The notes under the pieces: generated by a model
What the model was told of the DNA's origin: nothing
The model's database searches: none
Seen by the model: only the letters and a program-made list of their open reading frames with translations
Shown here: in pieces, positions 18,226-24,215 of the stretch
Position numbering within the stretch: position 1 is the first letter of the stretch
Layout: each line of letters opens with the position of its first letter
Source: a virus
Lineage: Duplodnaviria > Caudoviricetes
Direction: 5' to 3' (one strand)
DNA: 25,090 bases
IMG/VR virus record: IMGVR_UViG_3300030376_006624
Span: 1 to 25,090 of that record
Position numbers and translations under genes: made by a program

Positions 18226-18457
18226 TTTTAACCCCACATTCTAACATTATTAATTTAAGTTTTTTCAGAGCCTCTTTTTCGACTCTGTGGACTGCAACGA
18301 GTGGCACTCCGATAAATTCGCTAATTTCCTTGAGAGTGTGCGTTTTCGGGTCTCTTCCCGTATCCATTGCCGCCAGTCCCTCTTCGACCACCATCTCTCT
18401 GAGCATGGCATCGATCCTCTTTTCCTGTTCGTCATATGATTCGGTACAGATCATCAT
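18206..18457 (-). CDS. Sigma70 region-4-like HTH protein
   Basis: THTLKEISEFIGVPLVAVHRVEKEALKKLK matches the sigma region 4.2 pattern TLxEIxxxxGxxxxxVxxxExxALxKL. Confidence 0.65.
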   Translation of the reverse strand: MMICTESYDEQEKRIDAMLREMVVEEGLAAMDTGRDPKTHTLKEISEFIGVPLVAVHRVEKEALKKLKLIMLECGVKNGNSGI

Positions 18458-18779
18458 CGACCTTTTTTACTCGGACCATGCTTTTGGGCGGATGATTTGC
18501 TTCCGGCCTTTTCACGCACCTCGCAACTCCTTCCCGATCCGTAAATTCAATGAGCATGAGCCGAGGGTTCGGGACGAGTTTTAAGACTCTCGCATTTTCG
18601 ATCATCTCCTCGGGAACCGGTAAAGCCACTTCCCCATCCGAATCCTCAACCCATATCCCCCGACAAGTTGAACGAGGGATGCCTAATTGCTTGCTGATCT
18701 TCGGCCAACTCATTCCAGTCTTCCGCAAAATTACCACCTGGTCTCTTTGCATCTTTGTCCACTTCTTAACTTTTCCCAT
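18432..18779 (-). CDS. HTH DNA-binding protein with C-terminal beta domain
   Basis: WTKMQRDQVVILRKTGMSWPKISKQLGIPRSTC is a homeodomain-like HTH. Confidence 0.65.
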   Translation of the reverse strand: MGKVKKWTKMQRDQVVILRKTGMSWPKISKQLGIPRSTCRGIWVEDSDGEVALPVPEEMIENARVLKLVPNPRLMLIEFTDREGVARCVKRPEANHPPKSMVRVKKVDDDLYRII

Positions 18780-18781
18780 AA

Positions 18782-20419
18782 TTAATACCCTCCTCCACCA
18801 GTTGATACCATTTCCTCCTCACTGAAATATTCGAAATTACCGATGCAAAAATAACGGCAATTATCAACCAGGTCTTTGCTGGGGCATTTTAATCCAGCGC
18901 TTGGTTGGTAAGCCTGAAGGCAACTTATGAGATTTTGGCATTCATCGCTAAACATCAATTTAGGCTTATTATCCCAATCCATCTCTTTTTCCCTATCCCA
19001 TGCTAATAAATTGTTTATTGCCTGAAGACCGGTCTCGATATCGAGTGCTTCCGCTGGCTGAACGATAATATCTTCGTCCGCCAAATCGTCTATGATGTTA
19101 GAACTGCCTTCCGCTTTCTGATAGCTCGCCGCTCCTAAACGGGGGTCGATTATGCGGATGACCTCCTTATCGCCACATATCTTCTCCATTCTCTTAATCT
19201 CATCGGCATAATCCTTGAGGCCGTACCCGTTCGGTTGGGCCGCCTCGCCGGCAGATAGCTTGTCCTTTGTCAGATCAATCCATCCTCCCCAAGTGTCGAA
19301 GTCAGGGAACTCCTTAACTGCCCAGGCTACCCCATGAGGATCGATTGCAAATAATACCATCGTCCAAGGTTTCGCTCCCGCCGGATCGATGGAAAGAACC
19401 CAGTTTGCTTCCGAGAAATCGGGGAGATTTTCGGGGGATACGAAGTTCTTGTCCGTAAGATTTGGAAAAATGGCCCTAGACTGCCTCACAGGGACTCCAT
19501 AGGCCCGACAAAGGATAGTCTCCCGCTTCTCTCCCTCTAATTGATTCTTCATCGCCGCCCAGCCGCCAAAGGGATTCGCCGCTGTATGAAAATAAACCAC
19601 TGAACTGGCTTTGCGGATGGGCTGTTGAACGAGGGGGACCTCTTCGCCGTCTAGGAGGTCCGCCTTCGTTGATTCTATGGTGCGGGCTCCCGTGAGCATC
19701 GATTTGACTACGCTGTTCCATCCGTCAACGGCGGTGAAGGAAATTATGCCGGTTGCTGGGCGAACAATTCCATCATAATTGCTTGCGTGGGAACGCGTTA
19801 CGGTGCGGTAGCGAAGTGTATTTACCCAACTCATTGGACACAATTCGTCCGCCCAAAATCCGATGTTATGTGTTTGATTAACAGGCACTTGCGGAGATCC
19901 GATCTCTCCTCCTTCGATGGTACTGATGTCCTGTGACCAATTACGAAAAATGCATTCTGATCGATTGGGTAAAGTGAACTTCCCGGAAGTGAATCCGTTG
20001 CGCAAACTGTAGACCAAGTATCCGACCTTACCTCTACCTAATCCTTTTAATTCTTTTGGAATATACTTAAATATTAGTTTCTGCTGAAATTGTATGCTGT
20101 TGGCCGATGTTTCTGTAAGACACCAAATGATCGTGCCGGGGTTTTCAACGAGGGACTGAACTACCCGCTTGGCCGCCCATTCCGATTTTCCAGCTCGGTT
20201 ACCGCCCATAACGAGGATCTCGGAGTGAGTCTTTAGCTGATCGTCTGCCCGCTTCCAGGTATCCAGTTCAAACCCGTGCCTATAAGGATCATCCTTTTCG
20301 AGTTTGATTGCTTCCTCCCTTTTCTCCCAGTATGCGAGGATTGACTCGGGGCTCATGGACAGCATCTCACCGGTGGTTAGGGCGGGTAAGGCTGGGTGCG
20401 GTGTCCAGGATAATGCCAT
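18782..20419 (-). CDS. terL: Terminase large subunit
   Basis: Walker A GGNRAGKS, Walker B FWADE, motif III SFTA, RNase H-like nuclease SIDPA...IIDP...KDLVDNCRY; adjacent to the portal. Confidence 0.92.
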   Translation of the reverse strand: MALSWTPHPALPALTTGEMLSMSPESILAYWEKREEAIKLEKDDPYRHGFELDTWKRADDQLKTHSEILVMGGNRAGKSEWAAKRVVQSLVENPGTIIWCLTETSANSIQFQQKLIFKYIPKELKGLGRGKVGYLVYSLRNGFTSGKFTLPNRSECIFRNWSQDISTIEGGEIGSPQVPVNQTHNIGFWADELCPMSWVNTLRYRTVTRSHASNYDGIVRPATGIISFTAVDGWNSVVKSMLTGARTIESTKADLLDGEEVPLVQQPIRKASSVVYFHTAANPFGGWAAMKNQLEGEKRETILCRAYGVPVRQSRAIFPNLTDKNFVSPENLPDFSEANWVLSIDPAGAKPWTMVLFAIDPHGVAWAVKEFPDFDTWGGWIDLTKDKLSAGEAAQPNGYGLKDYADEIKRMEKICGDKEVIRIIDPRLGAASYQKAEGSSNIIDDLADEDIIVQPAEALDIETGLQAINNLLAWDREKEMDWDNKPKLMFSDECQNLISCLQAYQPSAGLKCPSKDLVDNCRYFCIGNFEYFSEEEMVSTGGGGY

Positions 20420-20426
20420 TGGTTCG

Positions 20427-20435
20427 AGTGTACCA
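20427..20435 (-). promoter_or_regulatory. Putative extended -10 promoter for terL (leaderless transcript)
   Basis: Minus strand TGG-TACACT, then 7 nt, then the terL ATG; no SD visible. Confidence 0.35.
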
Positions 20436-20686
20436 TTTTCCGAAGGTATCTACCCAAAATTAGTGAAATTTTGTTCGGACATACTGATTGTCAGGCACTT
20501 ACGAGGGGTGGTTTATCGATATCGATTAATCGTACCTTGCTATTCGTGTTCGGGGTAAAAAAGCTTCGGAGGCGGGCAATTGGTGGAAATTTTTTTATGG
20601 GCTCTAATCGGTTTCGTGACCGGCTGGCCGCAAAATCCGACCCCCCTCCCCCCCTCCTTTGTGGTAAAAATCACATACGATTTACA

Positions 20687-20701
20687 TAAGTCGTTGATAA
20701 T
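20687..20701. promoter_or_regulatory. IHF-like binding box
   Basis: TAAGTCGTTGATA is an exact match to YAANNNNTTGATW, the reverse complement of the IHF consensus WATCAANNNNTTR. Related copies lie at 20487-20501 and 21564-21578. Confidence 0.5.
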
Positions 20702-20712
20702 GCTCAAAAAGT

Positions 20713-20740
20713 GGTTCGTATAATAATGATTATGTCTAAT
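20713..20740 (+). other. dif-like XerC/XerD recombination site
   Basis: GGTTCGTATAA-TAATGA-TTATGTCTAAT has an 11-6-11 layout with 9/11 and 9/11 identity to the E. coli dif arms GGTGCGCATAA and TTATGTTAAAT; intergenic. Confidence 0.7.
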
Positions 20741-20799
20741 TGTTCTTGCCAAAATACTTATTGATATTACTTTCTCAACTTATCTCACCGATAGATTTT

Positions 20800-21309
20800 A
20801 TGCCTACAAAAAGACCAAGAGTATATCAGAAAGCAGAGAACCTTCCGGCGAATCTGAAGACCGAGGAAGCTTGTCCGAACATCTTCACAGGTCAGAAGTT
20901 CTTCGATAAGAGACCGGAAGATTATGCCCAGGTAGTTAAGATGCTAGCAGAAGGATCAACGATCAAACAGATATGCAAGACTTGTAAGGTTTCACCGCAT
21001 ACCATTGCTATCGTTAAATCCCGTGAGGGCGATACGCTAAAGGAATCTAAGAAGCATCTCCGAGCCTTAATTGGAACTGCTACCCATCTTGCGGTAGAAA
21101 AGCTTATAACGAAGCTTAATGACGATGAAATCCCCTCAGGAGTCCTACCAATCGCTACCGGCATCCTAATCGACAAACACAGGCAATATGAAGGTGAACC
21201 AACTCAGACTATTGAAGTGAAGAAATCTTTGAGCCTCGATGAGATCCGAGCAGAGTTGGCCAATCTGAAAGATGAAAAAGTGGTTGAGGCTGAGATTACT
21301 GATATATGA
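20800..21309 (+). CDS. Probable terminase small subunit (HTH plus oligomerisation helices), 169 aa
   Basis: HTH VVKMLAEGSTIKQICKTCKVSPHTI, helical core, ATGILIDK...GEPTQTIEV and a terminal VVEAEI typical of TerS-like proteins. Start reassigned to ATG 20800. Confidence 0.6.
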   Translation: MPTKRPRVYQKAENLPANLKTEEACPNIFTGQKFFDKRPEDYAQVVKMLAEGSTIKQICKTCKVSPHTIAIVKSREGDTLKESKKHLRALIGTATHLAVEKLITKLNDDEIPSGVLPIATGILIDKHRQYEGEPTQTIEVKKSLSLDEIRAELANLKDEKVVEAEITDI

Positions 21310-21539
21310 AAAAGATAATTCATATTAACCAGCATAAAATCCGCTCTAATCAAAAGACTGGCGAACGGGAGCCTGTTATCACTTGCAAGACTTATAAGGA
21401 TAATACCTATGCCCACTCGGTTAGCGTGATGGATAAAGAAGGGACTGAGGCTTGCAAGATTGTCTATTCGCCTGACAAACCTTTGTCCTGTGGAGCTAGA
21501 GTTTGGATCGAAACGACCAACGAGATAAAAATTCTTTAA
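21306..21539 (+). CDS. Conserved-looking phage hypothetical protein
   Basis: 77 aa, IHINQHKIRSN...YSPDKPLSCGARVWIET; ATGA-coupled to the upstream gene. Confidence 0.7.
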   Translation: MKKIIHINQHKIRSNQKTGEREPVITCKTYKDNTYAHSVSVMDKEGTEACKIVYSPDKPLSCGARVWIETTNEIKIL

Positions 21540-21610
21540 TTTTTTTCGTTTCCTAGCTCTTTAATTATTAGCCACTTACAACATTATTAAAAATAAATGT
21601 AAAATATATC

Positions 21611-21638
21611 TTGCTTTTCTGTACAGATAAGCTAGATT
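21611..21638 (+). promoter_or_regulatory. Sigma70-type early promoter with palindromic spacer
   Basis: TTGCTT-16 nt-TAGATT with an AT-rich upstream tract and palindrome TCTGTACAGA (21618-21627) in the spacer; ATG lies 6 nt after the -10. Confidence 0.5.
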
Positions 21639-21644
21639 AAGGGT

Positions 21645-21896
21645 ATGAATAAGAGCACACACTACGATTTCAACCTGACCGGCAAGAATAGCCACCTTAG
21701 TCCTGTACGATTGAGTAAAGTTTTTAACCCTCGATCTAATGAGTGGTCCTTTTATAGCGAGCCTGTAGCACCTACTATGAATTATGAATTAAAGTGGGAG
21801 AGGGACTATAAAGATGAAATATCTTTTTCTAGAGCAGTAAAAAACTACACCAAAAATCATCAGTTTGTGAGATCATGGACTGAGGAATCAGTTTAA
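21645..21896 (+). CDS. Hypothetical early protein
   Basis: 83-aa ORF directly behind the promoter. Confidence 0.55.
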   Translation: MNKSTHYDFNLTGKNSHLSPVRLSKVFNPRSNEWSFYSEPVAPTMNYELKWERDYKDEISFSRAVKNYTKNHQFVRSWTEESV

Positions 21897-21918
21897 AAAT
21901 AAATAAGGAGGAATTAAA

Positions 21919-22095
21919 ATGAATGAAGACGAAATAATTAAATTTGTACAAGAAAATGCAACCTACACGGGATACGAGGGTGAACCTTATGCAGTTACAT
22001 ATGCTCTCGAAACCTTTTGGGGTGAGTCTCCAAGAGACTTGGTAAACCAGATAATCCAACATGAGGAGTTTGGATTGAGACGGCCAACCACATGA
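21919..22095 (+). CDS. Hypothetical early protein (58 aa; not in ORF track)
   Basis: TAAGGAGG SD at 21904-21911; MNEDEIIKFVQENATYTGYEGEPYAVTYALETFWGESPRDLVNQIIQHEEFGLRRPTT; ATGA overlap with the next gene. Confidence 0.7.
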   Translation: MNEDEIIKFVQENATYTGYEGEPYAVTYALETFWGESPRDLVNQIIQHEEFGLRRPTT

Positions 22096-22418
22096 ACTTC
22101 AACCACTCATTCGTTCCGCTTAAGCTCGCTGAAGCTCAGTCCTTTGTGGCCGAGCATCATCGGCACTCCAAACCTTTAAAGCGACATCGGTTCAGCATCG
22201 GAGTAAAAACCGAATTAGGTATCAAAGGTATAGCCACAGTCGATAACTGCTCCAGTTCTTGGGCTAACCGGCATGACCACATGGAGATCCGAAGAGTCTG
22301 CACCGATGGAACTAAGAACCTGGCATCGAGAGAACTAGGTGCTGTATTGGTGAATTGGCAACCAATCATTGTGAATTGGAAACCATCCGATTTGACTCCA
22401 ATTAAATACGATAACTAA
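22092..22418 (+). pseudogene. C-terminally truncated XF1762/Mom-like (GNAT-fold) DNA-modification-related protein
   Basis: EAQSFVAEHHRHSKP...FSIG...GIATV...MEIRRVCTDGTKN matches the N-terminal half of the family. The expected ITYT...G.SL...GW half is replaced by a short tail with a 21-bp-period duplication. Confidence 0.5.
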
Positions 22419-22435
22419 GAAAGGAAACTAAGAAA

Positions 22436-22642
22436 ATGAAATTAACTAAAAAAGAAACCGAATTTGTAGTAGATGGATTAGTATATTTGCTAAGACACGC
22501 AGAGAGAGAACTCGTTAAATTTGAAAAATTTCCAACCAAAAGTGTTCGAGATCATGCTTGCAATAACCAAGTGCGGAAAATCAAAAATCTAGAAACACTT
22601 AAAACTAAATTTAATAAAAATTTAACTAAGAAAGGAAACTAA
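22436..22642 (+). CDS. Hypothetical protein (repeat-bounded cassette 1)
   Basis: 68 aa; starts in repeat 1 and stops in repeat 2. Confidence 0.7.
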   Translation: MKLTKKETEFVVDGLVYLLRHAERELVKFEKFPTKSVRDHACNNQVRKIKNLETLKTKFNKNLTKKGN

Positions 22643-22646
22643 GAAA

Positions 22647-22874
22647 ATGAACAAACATAAATTATTCATCTTCCACAAACCGAGTGCAAACGGAGTGGTT
22701 GTTGATATTAACGAACTAATCGAAGAAGGTCTTATTGACTCGCTTTCCGATTTTACTAATCACGGAGTCTGTGATCTAATTACTCACCCTGCGGTTAAAG
22801 AAGTCATCCAAGATCATTGGAACGGAATTGAAGATGTTACAGAGTATGATGTGACATGGTATCAAACGAACTAA
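22647..22874 (+). CDS. Hypothetical acidic protein (repeat-bounded cassette 2)
   Basis: 75 aa; starts in repeat 2 and stops in repeat 3. Confidence 0.7.
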   Translation: MNKHKLFIFHKPSANGVVVDINELIEEGLIDSLSDFTNHGVCDLITHPAVKEVIQDHWNGIEDVTEYDVTWYQTN

Positions 22875-22891
22875 GAAAGGAAACTAAGAAA

Positions 22892-23089
22892 ATGAAACTA
22901 TCATCATATCACGCATATCACAGGGACAGATTAAGCACTCAGGACAAGCGACATTTCGATTCTGCCCTCGCTGAGAAAGAGGAGATTGAAAGAAAGCAAT
23001 GGCAACTACTTCACAGAAAAAATGCATTGCAAGCAGAGATTCAAAAGCTTATCCAACTCGCTGATTTGAATGATCAGGAAAACCAATAA
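22892..23089 (+). CDS. Hypothetical coiled-coil protein (start reassigned to the ATG in repeat 3)
   Basis: 65 aa, MKLSSYHAY...; SD and ATG are supplied by the repeat; heptad pattern in the C-terminal half. Confidence 0.7.
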   Translation: MKLSSYHAYHRDRLSTQDKRHFDSALAEKEEIERKQWQLLHRKNALQAEIQKLIQLADLNDQENQ

Positions 23090-23343
23090 TGCAATTCAGA
23101 AAACTTAAACGATTAGCTTCAGAGTTAAATGTTGGAGTTGAACAACCTGTCTTCTCTTTTGGAGAATGGGAACTCCCCTTCTATGCCTTGGAAGGTTTCT
23201 CTTTTAACGGACAGTTTACTTGCTCCTCATTTTTCGTTGACGATTTAGATGCTGAGTTTACAAAAGGCCAAATAATCGAAATGGCATGGGAGCATATTAA
23301 GCATGAGGCTGAAGAAATTAATAACGAGATTTATGAGGAGTAA
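23089..23343 (+). CDS. Hypothetical acidic protein
   Basis: 84 aa, TAATG-coupled. Confidence 0.65.
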   Translation: MQFRKLKRLASELNVGVEQPVFSFGEWELPFYALEGFSFNGQFTCSSFFVDDLDAEFTKGQIIEMAWEHIKHEAEEINNEIYEE

Positions 23344-23345
23344 TA

Positions 23346-23543
23346 ATGACCGATAAAAAACATTGGGGTGGAAAACGCCCAAACCAAACAGGCCGACCTC
23401 CGAACCGCAAAGGAGTCAAACGAGTCCAATTTCATTGCTTGATCGATCCAGCTACCAGGGATCAGATTAAGCATCTCTCCGAGCAGAAGAAATTATCTGC
23501 CGGACAAATCATTGACGAGTGGGCTGAAGGTAGTAAGGTATGA
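23346..23543 (+). CDS. Small DNA-binding regulator (GGxR..GRP arm plus ribbon-helix-helix-like domain)
   Basis: WGGKRPNQTGRPP, then strand VQFHCLID and two helices; GAGGAG SD. Confidence 0.6.
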   Translation: MTDKKHWGGKRPNQTGRPPNRKGVKRVQFHCLIDPATRDQIKHLSEQKKLSAGQIIDEWAEGSKV

Positions 23544-23746
23544 GCATGGAAGATTTCCCTTGGACCGATCAAAAGACAATGGCTAAAGAATATGCCGAGT
23601 GCCACAATTTGGATTTAGCTGAGACCGAAAAGAAATTTGAAGAGGCTCATCAGAAAATCAGATATGAAATGGATATCAGATCACATCCGCATTATGGTTT
23701 AACTGATTTTGATCCTGAGCAACCCGACATAGTTTTATCAGAATAG
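23540..23746 (+). CDS. Hypothetical protein
   Basis: 68 aa, ATGA-coupled; last gene of the plus-strand block. Confidence 0.6.
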   Translation: MSMEDFPWTDQKTMAKEYAECHNLDLAETEKKFEEAHQKIRYEMDIRSHPHYGLTDFDPEQPDIVLSE

Positions 23747-23765
23747 CCTCTTAAAGCCCCGTAGA

Positions 23766-23787
23766 GGACGCTCAGAGCGTCTTTTAT
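23766..23787 (+). terminator. Putative terminator ending the plus-strand block
   Basis: GACGCT-CAG-AGCGTC followed by TTTTAT, about 20 nt after the last stop, at the convergence point. Confidence 0.5.
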
Positions 23788-23804
23788 CGCCTGACCTATA
23801 TAAT

Positions 23805-24002
23805 CTAGTACGCTGGGTATAAGACCGCCAATCCCGCCATTCTTTGGAATGCCCGATTTGCTGTGATTGCTGATAGTATATTCTTATCGGATATCTGATG
23901 ATTATATTTATACCTCTTTGCCGGTATAATATTTTGAACGAGTGATTGGTTAAGCTGAGTGATATCGGTTCCACCGGTTAATCGGTTAGGCTGATGATTC
24001 AT
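23805..24002 (-). CDS. Possible small hypothetical protein (65 aa, MNHQPNRL...)
   Basis: GGAG SD before ATG 24002; this is the 3' part of track ORF 23805..24212; no recognisable motif. Confidence 0.3.
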   Translation of the reverse strand: MNHQPNRLTGGTDITQLNQSLVQNIIPAKRYKYNHQISDKNILSAITANRAFQRMAGLAVLYPAY

Positions 24003-24040
24003 TTTATTCTCCCAATCGAGTGAGCTTGTAGGCTGGCAAT

Positions 24041-24215
24041 GTAGTGGGAGGTGTGCCGGCTTCAGCGGATGGGCTTTGCCTGTGTGGCCTGTCAAGGGCC
24101 ACAGGCTAAGCGCAAGCGTCCCACTACTAACAGCCTTTCCACTTACCGAGAGTAGTGTGTGTTTTATATTATAAGGGCACACACTACCACTCTTCTGACT
24201 ATTTAATTGCACTAT
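24041..24215. other. Palindrome/iteron-rich segment; candidate replication origin or structured RNA
   Basis: Inverted repeats at 24041-24049/24119-24127, 24073-24111 and 24152-24161/24178-24187; GTAGTG core present four times in alternating orientation; directly downstream of the helicase. Confidence 0.5.

Larger units (their letters stand above)
22413..22896 (+). repeat. Three identical 28-bp intergenic direct repeats AACTAAGAAAGGAAACTAAGAAAATGAA
   Basis: Exact copies at 22413-22440, 22624-22651 and 22869-22896; each holds the upstream stop, the SD and the downstream ATG. Confidence 0.95.

Noticed and set aside
897-20689. Plus-strand ORFs in the track across the structural operon (e.g. 1115..1549, 10033..10482, 13894..14337)
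   Set aside because: They are antisense shadows of tightly coupled minus-strand genes and have no motifs of their own.
20740-20799. TTG start at 20740 for the TerS-like gene, and ORFs 20540..20752 and 20471..20689
   Set aside because: They run through the dif-like, IHF-like and C-tract control region; ATG 20800 gives a more plausible N-terminus.
22413-22896. CRISPR array interpretation of the 28-bp repeats
   Set aside because: The intervals are 183 and 217 bp and each is a full ORF; the repeat contains an SD and ATG; no cas genes are present.
24090-24173. Perfect TTGACA and TATAAT hexamers on the minus strand in hairpin loops
   Set aside because: They are in the wrong order and about 70 bp apart, so they do not form a promoter.
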